DNA of 64,000 nucleotides from Lytechinus pictus (Eukaryota), in NCBI RefSeq assembly GCF_037042905.1, contig NC_087251.1, positions 2,110,001 to 2,174,000 on the forward strand. The letters run 5' to 3'. This document shows positions 26,241 to 39,200 of this stretch, one piece after another. The notes beneath the pieces were generated by a model. That model was not told the origin of the DNA, ran no database searches, and saw only the letters and a program-made list of their open reading frames with translations. Both the position numbers and the translations under genes were made by a program. How positions within the stretch are numbered: position 1 is the first letter of the stretch; every line of letters starts with the position of its first letter.

Positions 26241-26763
26241 ACCATGCAAGGCGGGTACAGATAGGAGAAAAAATATCAAAATCTGTAAGAAAAAAGCTTT
26301 ATCAGCATGCCAAGTAAAAATAGGCCTATTCATTTTATCAACAGACGAGAAAATACAATGGACGGTATTCATATCGACTTAGTTTAAAAATCTGACTTCA
26401 AATCCAATTCATGTTAATAAGGCCACACCCTGAATTGCATTTTGTCAACACAATTCAGTTGTAACAAGTTGTAAGAAATCTTAGGTTTGTTTTCAAAAGA
26501 AAAATATATTTGATGGTGAATGGGTTGTTAACCACGCCCACCATGGCTCCTCCATTTGGTTTGTACACAAAAGTCGTAGTAAAATACGAAGTAAACATGG
26601 GAAAACGTGCAGGCGCTCGCGTGGCCATCCGCAAGGACCGTAATATCAGAGATAGATTGCTTAATAGCTTTTCGTAGTATTGCCACAAAAATCTCAGTTC
26701 TCCCCGATTGTTATTTTTAGGCCTACAGTTTCCAAAAAAACTCTTGATAAGTTGATCTACAGT

Positions 26764-26828
26764 ATAGGCCCATGAGCCGGAACACTAATTCTACAACAGT
26801 ACAGTAGTGTTCCGGCTCATAGGCCTAT
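26764..26828. repeat. Short hairpin (24-bp arms)
   Basis: ataggcccatgagccggaacacta / tagtgttccggctcataggcctat. Confidence 0.75.
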
Positions 26829-27388
26829 TTGGTGTGTTATCATTTTGCCCTAATTGGTCCACCCTTTGGGTCCACCCATCGCTTGAATGCCAAAATGGCC
26901 CAATATCACGCTTCTTTTATTCATTATACCATATTCCATATACTTGTCGTAGTTTATACTTTTTGGTACAATATATTAATGTTTTATACTAACTATAGCA
27001 CCCCATTGGAAATAAGCCTTTCAGCTTTCATGGGCTATCCTGTCAAGGTATTCTTCAATTTCATTGTAATCCCCTGTGATATTCAATCAATCAGTCAATT
27101 ATTCTGTACTTTGTTAAAATTAATGGAAATTTGTTTATTACTAATAATAGTTAAAATGTTACACATTTTGTTGTCTTATCTTATTGTAAGTCAATTATTT
27201 TTCCTTTCCTGATTTATATTTTACATGTATTTCTATGACTAGGGGCCCCTCTGCCACCGTTGATAGATGATCAACGCTGAGTATAGGGCAATCCTTTCGT
27301 CTTTTTTTTACTGATCATTGTAAATATATATCTTTGTTATTGTTTTCAATTGACGGGAAAAAATACAATACGGTACAATATTATATAG

Positions 27389-27700
27389 ACAGCCTCGTAG
27401 CCAGGGGACGGTTGGATGGTCGCCCCCAAAAAGTCCCCCCAAAAAAGAATTAAAGAGGAAGGTAAAAAAGGAGAAAATTAAAAGCGAAAGGGGAAAGGGG
27501 AAATCTCTTAATCTTTTTTTTCTCACCAGAATAAAAACCTATAAGGAAACATTAATTATTTATCTTGTTAAATTCATACATAAATTTTGCTTCCGATCTT
27601 CGCGCGACGGAAAATAATCATTGCATTTCTCCTATAGTTTCCCACACCGTTCCTCTAGCCCTATAGCCTCTGAGTGCTAGTGTATTTCTTGTCAAAAAGT
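27389..27700 (+). mobile_element. Diverged, truncated relative of the 6317/17491 hAT-like family
   Basis: cagcctcgtagccagggg...ggtcgcccccc...aattttgcttccg.t..gcgcg. Confidence 0.5.
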
Positions 27701-28160
27701 TTAAGAGTATACTTTCGAGGGCAATTCAGTTAACTTTTAGGGCAGTTCAGGGGCGAGTCTAGCCTGGCGTATTGGGAAAAAACCTGATAAAATGATGCGA
27801 GCGAAGTGAGCAAGCAACGGTTTCTACATTTTCTTTTCAAAGATCAATTTTTGTGATATAGTTTGACATAATATTCAGAAAATATTCTTATTTCACCCTT
27901 CTCTCTATCATTTTGTTTCCTTGTTTCCTTTTTTACCTTGGTCGTGGAATTTTTCACTAAATTAAAGAAAAGTATAAGTTATGATGCCATATTTTGAGAT
28001 ATCATTTCAAATTCCGAATACAAAATTGAGATTTATTTTGAAAAGGTGAAAACATTTCTTACTCGTTTCGTTCACTCGATATTTAAAGAATTTTTGCCAC
28101 ACAGTCACAAGTCAATTAAGCTAAGCTGTGGCCTTCCCTTAATTGTTTTGATTCATAAGT

Positions 28161-28470
28161 GGAGCGTTGTGGCCCAGTGGATTTAGTCTTCTGACTTTGA
28201 TACAGAGGGTCGTGGGTTCGAATTCCAGCCATGGCGTAATTTCCTTCAGCAAGAAATTTATCCACACTGTGCTGCACTCAACCCAGGTGAGGTGAATTGT
28301 TACCCGGTATAGGAAGAAATTCCTTGAATATGCTTTGAGAGCCTTGGCAGCCCAGCTAAAGCCGGTGTAATAATAATAGCAGGGCCCGCTGGGAGAACAG
28401 TTTTCGGAACTGAAGTGGCTTCCCTGGGTAAATATACCTATATTATTGTTATAATTATTATTATTAATTA
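28161..28470 (+). mobile_element. tRNA-derived SINE with (ATT/TAA)n tail
   Basis: A box tggcccagtgg, B box ggttcgaattcc, central gcactcaacccaggtgagg, AT-rich simple tail. Confidence 0.85.
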
Positions 28471-28759
28471 CATTGACTACTGCATTCAATGATGACACTT
28501 TGTTCATCGTAACCTTGTCTATGTTGGCCATGTATATTTTGACCATTTAATTCAAGTAACCTCCTCTTATTAATTCACCCCCCCCCCCCTCCCCTTCTCA
28601 CACCACCACCAAACCACTTGCACTAGTACTTTTTTCCACATCCAGACACGAGATATCTATCATACCAGTGTATGTGTGTTGAGCGAATCCGATTGATCCA
28701 TCTCTCTCTCGATGACTCTTTATAGGTACCAGCGATGTTATGATGAATGAAGAATTAGA

Positions 28760-28884
28760 ACGGCAAGACAAACGTGGTCGACGTGGTGACATGACAGTCC
28801 CTGAAAGTGACTTTGAACACACCATTTTCTTCTCATTTTCGAGTAACTCTCAGCGGATATTTCGTTTTAAATACCTGAGTAAGT
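28760..28884 (+). promoter_or_regulatory. Candidate promoter and non-coding first exon of pyruvate carboxylase
   Basis: The first coding exon has a splice acceptor 27 nt before the ATG, implying an upstream exon; consensus donor ga|gtaagt at 28879 beside a locally CpG-rich patch (28760-29210). Confidence 0.35.
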
Positions 28885-29620
28885 ATAAATTTTAGTGCTC
28901 TTATACTTTGTCCATTTCTATTGCCTGGTATTGACCGAATTAATGATTTAGATCTAAGTTAGTGTGTGTAGATGCAAGATTATTCCAGAATGAACGTGGG
29001 CATGCCAGGGACTGCCGGGTGCCAGTGGCAGGCCTCGACAGACCCCGGCGGCCCGGCCTGTGCCTTTCCTGGTCGGTTTGCGGCGGGACTAGCCAGGAGG
29101 CTTCTAAGTTCTATCTAATGTTAGAGAGTAAAAATCATTTACTAACGTATGCTTACTCTCCACGGAGCCAGGGATTAGGTCTGATTCATGTGCGTGTACC
29201 GCGAAAAAAACTGAAAATTCTGCCCTAAAATAAAGTTAACTTAACGCTGGTAGGCCTACTTAAGTTAAAGTTAGAGATTTCTTCTTTCCTTCTATTCAAG
29301 ATTAGACAAGAAGACAAAGAAATCAAGATGGTCCATGGTGACGTAAACACTGTACACAGTGGCAAGTTTTCCCAGTCTTTTCATATTTTTCTTGTTTTTT
29401 AAATGAATTCTTGTTTTAAAATGAAATCAATATTGCAGAAATGTCAGAAATGAAGTTGTAGGCCTATACCATTTACATGATTTAGGGCTAGATCTTTTAG
29501 AAGGAAAGTAGAAATCTGGATCTGGATGTATACGATGCAGCGCCCTCCTGGGCATAAACGCTTTGGGTACTTGACCTGGATTTTGCCGGGACCAGCAGGT
29601 GCAATACACTGGGTGAACAC

Positions 29621-29900
29621 CCTACTCTTTGACGAATAGTGTATTGGTTTTAACGTGCATAGGTTGTACCTCTCCTATACACGGGACCAACATTTGCGTC
29701 CTTTCCGATGGACGGAGTGTTTTCCAACTGTATTCACACCTGCACTGAATACAGTGGTGAGGCACGCTAACACTCAACGCTATAGCATCAGATTTTTTTG
29801 TTAGACGCGTTTCGGCATGAGCGGGACTCGAACCCCTCACGTTGAGATCTACGATCTTATCCGAAACATGCGCTCTAACCGACTGAGCTACTCTGCCTCT
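29621..29900 (-). mobile_element. tRNA-derived SINE (second family)
   Basis: Minus strand reads ggcagagtagctcagtcggttagagcg...ggttcgagtcccg (A and B boxes) followed by a non-tRNA body; no acceptor stem. Confidence 0.7.
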
Positions 29901-31334
29901 GCCCCCTATCGGGGGCGAAAGTTAGTGTTTTTTTGCAGTACACGCACTTGAATCGGATGCAATCCCTGGCTGCTCCATGGAGAGTGAGCATATGTTAGTA
30001 AATGATTTTTACTCTCGTGGAGCCTCCTTGCTCCAGGTGGGACAGACACACTGGGTGATTTCAAGTCTGATGTTGGCCTTGGTGTTCTGTTCTGGATCTG
30101 GAAGTATACGATGCACGGCCCTCCATCCAGGCCTTATGATGTGCATAATACCTTGGACACATTTGCTCTACGGCGGCCATATGGCATAAGGTATAATGTA
30201 TAAGGGTTTAAGTAATTTGTTCGAATTATTCTTTACAATTGTTACTTTGTGAACTGTAAATTGTATGAATTTAATTTGAGAGAAAAACAATAAAACATCT
30301 TTTTTTTTTAATAAATAAAGGGGGCCTTTAGGGTGTTTTTTTTTCGTGTGTGTTTGTTTGTTTTAAGGGGGTAATATTGTAGCCGTGTTCAGAGAGGTAC
30401 TTGCCAGGTACTTACAGGCTCTGCCATAGTAAATTTTGATCCTTTTATTTTGCAAAATGAGTATGGAGACTGTACACCTAGATTGGAAGCATTTCATCAA
30501 CATTTGTTGTTGACTTTTTCCTAATAGCTTACATGTATGTGTGGCAATATCCCCATATATATATATTTATTGGGTTAAATTTTTAAACATGATTTTGCCA
30601 ACCCCCTCCTGTTATTTTTTCCATAAAATTAATTTCTTATGGCTCAAAAATCATATAGTGTGATCTATTAATTAATATGATTTTGCTGTTTTTTCACAGA
30701 AGCATGTTTAAAAATACTCATAACTTTAATTATGTTCCTTATTCTTTTGCTTCTGTCAACCTTTCACCTGCAGATCTGAATTCATCACAGTAATTCTATA
30801 AGCACAATTTTGTATTGTCACACTTTGACTTTCATAAGTACAGGTAGACAGAATGTGACAGAAAACAATCTTCCAGAGCTAATGAAGAAAGGAACAGTCT
30901 TCAAAGAACTGAATGAAATCAATTTAAAGAAAATATAGAAGATACATGTAGATTGACATTTCTTGCATGTAAAGGTGTGAAATTTTAGCAAGTTTTGAGC
31001 AAGATTCTTTTTACTGTCAAATGGTTGTCAAAAATAGGAAACCATTTATGCTTTTAACATTCGTTTGAATGGCATTTAAAAATTTTGACTCCGCCATTTC
31101 ACAGGGTAAACTTTCTACATGTAAGGGGTGTTTGCAAACTATTCGAAAAACTAATGCATTTTTGTTATTAATAGATCAATTTTAGCTGTAACAAATCAGT
31201 TCCTTGTCAAAAGAAACAGATCAACAATCAGTTGACAAATTATTGATTTGTGGACTCCATAATTGATTTTCAATTGATTGCATGTTTCTTTCAATGCCCC
31301 ATTTGACTTAGCATTTGAAAATGACATTGCTTAA

Positions 31335-31945
31335 AGGTCCAGTCTACTCCAGAAAAATGTTGATTTGAATCAATAGAGAAGAATCAAATGAGCATAATGG
31401 TGAAAATTTCATCAAAATCGGATGTAAAATAAGAAAGTTATGACATTTTAAAGTTTCGCTTATTTTTCACAAAATAGTTATATGCACAAGTCAGCGATAT
31501 GCAAATGAGAGAGTAGATGATGTCCCTCACTCACTATTTCTTTTGTTTTTTATCGTTTGAATTGTACAATATTTCAATTTTTTACAGATTTGACAATAAG
31601 GACCAATTTTGATTGAACCATAAAATGTTAAAACTATGGTAATTCCACATTTAAGGAAGAAATAAAACTTTGTTTAACAGGGCAATGAGGAGAAATTTTG
31701 AATATTTCACATTTCATATAATGAAATACAAAAGAAATGGTGAGTGGATCAGACTTGTGGATGACGTCATCAGTTCCCTCATTTGCATTCCGTCCAGGAT
31801 GTGCATATTTTGTGAAATTAAATGAAACTTAAAAATGTCATAACTTTCTTATTTTACATCCGATTTTGATGAAATTTTCAGTGTTATGCTTGTTGGATTT
31901 TCTCTTGTTATTCAAATTAAGTTTTTGTTGGGTTGGACTTGTCCT
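31335..31945. mobile_element. TTAA-flanked MITE (Kolobok-like)
   Basis: TTAA at 31331-31334 and 31946-31949; termini agg and cct; long imperfect TIRs. Confidence 0.8.
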
Positions 31946-33074
31946 TTAATGGTAGAATGAAGGCCTGATATTGATAAGTGATAATCAAAATTAGAAGTAG
32001 AAACATCACCATATTCAGGGTGTAGAATAATTTCATATCCCAGTTCATTATGTATAAAATTTATGTGAATTATATGAATAAGGCTGTTTTCTTTCCCACA
32101 TGAATATACTGGTAGTCTGATTCCTATTCTCCAGTATGTGTCTAAGGTTGTGAATTGCCTTGATAATTGATGAGTGTACTTTCCACTATTCTACATGTAC
32201 CAGCAGTTTTATACCAAAACCAGCTGGAGTAAACTACAGGAAGTGGAATAGTGTTTATCCTAAGGCTTACAACATATATGATGGTATTGATTGAGGTTTA
32301 ATTGTTTGGATATTGTTCCTTTAAAAAATATCTGAATTATTCAGCACCAAATATGATTTTAACCATTTTCAAACTTTGTTTCACAGGCAGACAGGCTTGT
32401 ACACTGAATAGGGACTATTATGTCTACCTTGCTAGATAGTGTTGACCTTTATGATAAGATTATTACTGTTCAATAATAAATAAAAATTTATATGTACATG
32501 TATTTCTCCGAAACAGAAATCAGAAAACCTCTGAAAAAATTAATTTTGCCCAATCAAAGTGTATTTAGTTGTTATGGGCTGGTGGTTTTATGGACATGTT
32601 CTCATTATACGATATCAATAATTTTCTTGTCCTGTATCAGTGGGTAAAATTATATGAAAGACACAAAACTTGGATGGTCTTTATGAAACAGGTATGTAGT
32701 CCTGCAATCACAGGTTTGATTGTATTCAAAGAACTGAATAGTTGGTATTAATATAGTTGGTTTATAAACAGTTCTAGAGTGCAAGCACAATCAAACTTTG
32801 TTCATTTCACTAGTCACCGATAATCTTTCAGTTACTGTAAGAGTTACAGTATGTAGAAAAATATAAACTTATTCTATCACCAAACACTATTTCTGGCCCA
32901 TCCTAAGAATTTTTTTTTTGGCTTTCAAATTCATTGCATGAAATCATTCTTAAATTCTTTTTGTAATTTGAGCAAGACTTTGGGAAATGCTCCAATGGAT
33001 AGTGTTGTATAATAGTACATCTTAAACAGTTTTTGTTATTCTTTCAGGGGGTTTAATTGAACCCAGTATCAACC

Positions 33075-33282
33075 ATGTTTAAAGTGCAGGCATCTCGTGC
33101 TAGCACTCTCCTACCTCGCATACGGGAAGCATGGCAATTCAGACAATTACAAAAGACAGCCACACCTTACTGTGCAGTACTATCAACCAGTGGTCTCCAT
33201 GGCAACAGATACCGATCGACCGTTGTACAGGAGCAGCCAGCTGAAAAGAAAAAGATTGAAAAATTGATGGTTGCCAATAGAG
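33075..33282 (+). CDS. PC: PC coding exon 1
   Basis: Acceptor at 33047, acc[11 protein letters not shown]...LMVANR, donor g|gtaag. Confidence 0.9.
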
Positions 33283-36200
33283 GTAAGAATTTTTTTTTAA
33301 TTACAGACATGGAAAAAAAAACACTACCTATATTTTATATTCTGGATTATATGAACAGTTTCTTGTTTAGTTTCTGTTATTTAGGTTCTTGTTTAGGTTC
33401 TGTTATTTTAATTGATGGAAAATAAATACAATACAATACAATACAATTTGATACTTATGAATATGTTAGAAATGAATTACCTGTATATTTGGTTTGATCA
33501 AGGTCTTTTCAGTTGTGTATGTTTAAAGTCAGTTTAACTATTCGTTGTGATGTTCAACTGAAATTACACCAATGTGATGGGAATAGAGTTGCTTGTAAAA
33601 TGGAATAACGTTGTAGATTGAACGTGAATACAGTTTGATTGCTAGAATTTATACAATAGGAGTGAAGTAAAAATTATTTGTAATGAACTAACTTGAAATT
33701 CGATTGGACGATAATATTGAAATTGCATCATTTAGTACTTTGATAAGTTTGAATCAAATTAGCTAGAAGTGATTAATATTTTGGGGGGTTATTTTGATAT
33801 AATGGATTGAGGTACCATAACTTTCTCCTCAATATGATTTCAGGTGAGATAGCAATTCGAGTATTTCGAGCATGTACAGAGTTAGGGATCCGTACGGTTG
33901 CTATCTATTCAGAGCAAGATAAAGGTAATATGCACAGAGGCAAGGCAGATGAAGCATACCTGATAGGAAAGGGATTACCACCTGTGGCTGCTTACTTGTC
34001 TGTTCCTGAAATCATACGAATTGCAAAGGTAAGATTTCATATATGAACTCCAATCAATTGGGTTTTTTTATTAGCAGTCTTGCAGGAGGAACAGTATGCC
34101 ACAGTCAAAGGAGAAATGTAATCACCACAGATATAATAATCTCATCTCCTAAACCAGAAATCTCTATTACACTGAAGAATTGGTGGTGTGTTGTTTTTTT
34201 TCATTGAAATGTATTCAGTATATTGAATAGCATTGTATATTTAATGATATGACCTGAGATAGTGACAAATAGTAGAAAATAGATTTTTGTTTATTTAAAG
34301 CTATCTTTATGGTGCCACAGTTGACTACCATGGAAGTTGTTATGATTTCCATGGGGCTCTTCTCTGCATGTTTGAGATTATACTATTATTATTCATTCAA
34401 AGATTTGAAAACACTGTTTATAATGCTTAGAACATGTTGCCATGGACACATTGCCGCTTGACCCTAAAAAGACTGGGGGGGCTGATTCAGCCCCCCCTCG
34501 ACATTTTTCGCAATAAATCTGTAACGCGAAAAGCTGGCGCCGCGCCGTTCCATGACTTTTTTCTTATAAGTCTTGCGCAACTTTTGAGACCAAATTTGCG
34601 ACGCCCTGGTATGTGGTTCCAAAATTACGCAACATTTTGTAAGTGCATGTCGACCCGAAATTGCTCAAAAACATGAATTTGTGTACAAATCCAATGCAAA
34701 TTGTGTTTTTAGCCAAAATTCATGTATCATTATTTTCAATTCAACTAATCAAACTCAATTAATTTCGTCTTGTTAATGGTCAGAAGAAAGTAGCGGACGA
34801 TTTCCATTGAAAAAACAATAAAAAACCAAAAGTTGAAAAAACAAGGAAATACATAAGAAATTTTAAAAACAATAAAATACATAAGAAAAGAATTGTGATA
34901 TTGAATTTTTTTTAAAGTACATTTGATCAGAATCCTTCAAAGAGTCTGTGAATAAAAATTAGCAGTTTAGAGGCCTTATTTAGTTAATTAGAGCAAGTAT
35001 TTAATTTTACTTATTTATTAGCATAATTAATGAATTATGAGATTTTTCGGAAAATTTCATCCTACAGTGTTGGAGATTATGCCATGGGTAATGCACGTGC
35101 CAATTTTCATCGTGATCGTGCGGTCGACGGCCAAAATCATAGGGGGGGGGGGCTGAATCAGCCCCCCCCCCCCCCCCCCCCCCCCGGTCTTCTTAGGCAT
35201 CAAAATAGCCCAGTCTATTTAGGGTTAAAGGACACAGATTTTTTTCTCTCAGTGATTCAGATTTCTACTGCCAATATACATGTACATGTATTCAACAGTG
35301 CTGTGTGTGCATAAAATATTCATGGCGCTGAGTGAAAATTTATTGAGCAGAGCCACTCACTATGGAATGATTGTCTATGAATAATTCAGGAAGTGATATA
35401 ATTTACTGTTCTTTTTATTGTACTTCTGTTATGGTTGAGCTATCCCTTTAAATGTTATTCAAGTACCTCAATGTGCACTTTTGAAGTTCATGATACCTTG
35501 AGACGAGACATGGTCAAAGATTGTAAAATATCCCTGTTCATTGGAACCCTGCCAGTTTCTCTGTGATGTTTTCTAATCATTTTAAAGCTCCAATAAAAGG
35601 CATAATTTCTAGCAAAGTATAGTAAGTTTTCTCTTTAGATATTTTTTTCATAAAACAATACAGCGTATACATGTATAAAAGTCTCCATGCTACAATGAAG
35701 AGATCCCCCTTTCCAATTTCCTTTTGAGCAGTCATGATAAAGGATACATATACCAGTTTGGTACAAAAGGAGCGATGATGACATTTTATTTCTAATGAGG
35801 TTGTGCATGGAAAATGCTGAATTATATTAATAACCAGCTGAGACAACAGTTCTTGGGTTTCACTACAAACACTGGAGCATGCATGCATTATTCAAATTGA
35901 TTTGCAGTCTCCTTCAGTTTGATGATTAAAGTATATTTTATCTACCAATATCAAATGCAAGGGAAGTGTTGTATTGTTTTCCAAATTACAGTTTCTACAC
36001 TGGAAAAGGAATTTGAAAAAAAATGCTTTACATCTATTCTTGCTACATTTTTCTTACACAACATGTTACTCAAAATTATCCCCCAAAAATCCTAGGCTGG
36101 CAGTTTTATTATTTTTCAATTTGGCTTGATCATGGGCAAAAAATTACTTAGTTGGCATACATCATCTATTTGTTAGCATGTTTCAGTATTTCAGTGAATG

Positions 36201-39200
36201 TCAAAGCAGTTAACAAATTGATTTTCCTGTTTGTCAGTAAACTGCTCAAAGTCCTGCCAAGCAGTTTAAATTCATAATACATTATATTTATTTACCAGGT
36301 CCATGGGACCAGGTCAGTGGTAAACTACAGTCTTTGCCCAGTGTCATTATCATGACACTCCCCATGTGATACACTGTATTTGAACTTAAATGATTACAAT
36401 GAACATGTATCATAAGGCAAAAAATAATTTTATTTTCGAGGGCGACTTGTCACAACCTACTGCGTAAATGTGCAACATTCCAGGGCTGTTTTGAGCATTT
36501 TCAGGGGAAAATTACCCCAGCCCGAGTTTAATTTTTTCCCAGGGACACCTACATGTAGTACAATATGTTAATCAAACAAGGTGTTAGGTACATGTATCCA
36601 TTACTGTACATGGATGTAATGTAAATTAGCCACTGTTGGTTGGTTTCTAATGGCTTTATGGATTTTCAATTAGCTGACTTCATGTACATGGTTTATTGTA
36701 TGCAAACAATAAGGTGCTAATTGGATCACTGAAAAGGACTAATAGCTTGATTGAATAAAGGATTACATTCTTTTGATTAAAGAAAATAGATGTAAAAAGA
36801 CACAAGTACATTTCATTGACATCTTGACAGTTCTGTTGAGAAGAAATTTTTGGTCTCACAAAATTCTCTTTATTCAAATTCAACATTAATTTCAACTTAC
36901 ACCTTAAATGATAGTGTAAAGTATTGGAATTGAATGAAAGTTGTACATGTTATGATAATTTGAACAAAGTACAGTGCACTCTATCATGAATATTATTCAT
37001 ACTTTCATATCCTGTAGCCTACAATATTAGTACTGAAGGGGGTTAAAGATAAATTCCTTTCCTGCTTGAGCACCTGTATGGGTAGTGCAGCTAAAGCTGG
37101 GGTGATATTAGCAGCACTTTGTATCCTCAGGCAAAAAGTGCTTTCCCCCAAATAAATAGGCCTACAGCTATTATTATTCTCAATTTGAGTACTTACACAC
37201 CAAAATGTATACAAAATTAATAATGAATTAAAAATTATCAATGGGTTGGGGCCTTGCTCACTATGCTGGCTCACAAATGTAAATTTTCTTCTTCTTTTTT
37301 TTTTTGTTATTTAGCAACACAAAGTTGATGCTATTCATCCTGGATATGGATTCTTATCAGAAAGAGCAGACTTTGCCAAGGCTTGTACCGAAGCTGGTAT
37401 CAAGTTCATTGGTCCATCACCTACAGTCGTACATCAGATGGGTGACAAGGTAGAAGCTAGACAAATTGCTATAGCAGCAGGTAAACAAATGATGGGTACC
37501 CTATGATGTTTGGGGCAATGGATCAGTGATAAATTATATGAACCTGGGGCGATTTACATTTAGCCTTTAAACTGTAAAAATTAGCCCCCATTATGAATGA
37601 TAATTTGAAATGAAAGTAGGTAGAGAAATAATCACCAGTAGATTTTTTCCACTCTGTAAGGCACCCCTTGACATTTATACATGATTATGTGATAGTTCTA
37701 TAACACCAGTTTGGTATGATGTATGGAATTATCCAATTTTTGTCTCGCCCACCAGAGGTGAAGGCGAGACTTAGGGATCCAAATGTCGTCCGTCACAAAC
37801 CTAATGACACCTAAATCCGCAACCGTTAGTCACTTTTCAACCAAACTTGGATGGTAGATGGACTGAGGAGACCTGCATGTTATGCTGCAGTCGGAGGTCA
37901 CATGGTAAGGTCAAAGGTCATTTTCAGGTCAGCGTTAAAGTTTACATGCAAGACTCTCTTATGACACCTAACTCCGCAACCGTAAGTCACTTTTCAACCA
38001 AACTTGGATGGTAGATGGACTTGGGGGACGTGCATGTTAGGCTGCAGTCGGAGGTCACATGGTAAGGTCGAAGGTCATGTTCAGGTCAACGTTAAAGTTT
38101 AAATGCAAGACTCTTATGACACCTAACTCCGCAACCATAAGTCACTTTTCAACAAAACTTGGATTGTAGATGTACTTAGGCGACCTGCATGTTATGCTGC
38201 AGTCAGAGGTCACATGGTAAGGTCAAAGGTCATTTTCAGGTCAACATTAAAGTTTACGTGCAAGGCTCTTATGACAAGTGTTATTCCATCCCAGTCATTT
38301 CTTTATGAAGTTTTGATACAATTCTGTTACGTGCCCTCGCAAATCACGGTATTTCTGGTTATTTTCGTAAGTGGGCGAGACACAAAATCGCTTTTGCCTT
38401 GTATTTACAACCTGTTTTTGTGCTGTTTGGCCTATGTAATCTTATCTAATTTTCAAGTTATTTGGCTGCAGTCTAACTTTTCTTAGACCATCTTATAGTG
38501 GGGAAAATCAATTAAACCATTAAAACCATTTTGATTATTGAATATGAATGAGACATAAGCCAAGTTATATTAGACCTGATGTTGATGGACCTAAAGACTG
38601 CATCTAATTTTACTGGTTTTATATGATCTGTGAATTTTCCCAACTGGTATTAAACCAAAATGGCTCTAAACCAAATGAGGTACAACCCATATATGAACGG
38701 GAAATATGTAGCCAAAAAAAATGGCATATATGTAGAATATCTCAATAGCTATCATATTTTAATAAATCTTTGACAATCTATTACATGATAATCATAATAT
38801 CATATATATGTTTTAACTGTTTTCTTTGTAGTACTTGAATATTTATCAGAAATGCCCATTGTAGGACTATGATAATTTTGTCTCCTGATGATTTGTTATG
38901 TGGTGCAGGTGTACCGGTAGTACCTGGAACCAATGGTCCAGTCACTACATCACAAGAAGTTGAAGAATTCTGTGAACAGTATGGTTTCCCAGTTATCCTC
39001 AAAGCAGCATATGGAGGAGGAGGAAGAGGAATGAGAGTCGTCCGATCTATGGATGTAAGTTAATGTAATGGTTACTTGATAGTGGACAATACTTGTGAAG
39101 GAGATTTACCAAATCTTATGGGCTTTAAAATGTTACTGCACCTGTGTTCTGAATCTGTCTATATATCTATCCAATCCAAGGTTGATTGCAACATCCCTCC

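Noticed and set aside
28161..28235. tRNA gene
   Set aside because: A and B boxes are present but there is no acceptor stem or T-run terminator; continues into a SINE body and tail
29815..29900. Intron-containing tRNA on the minus strand
   Set aside because: Cloverleaf cannot be closed; treated as a SINE head
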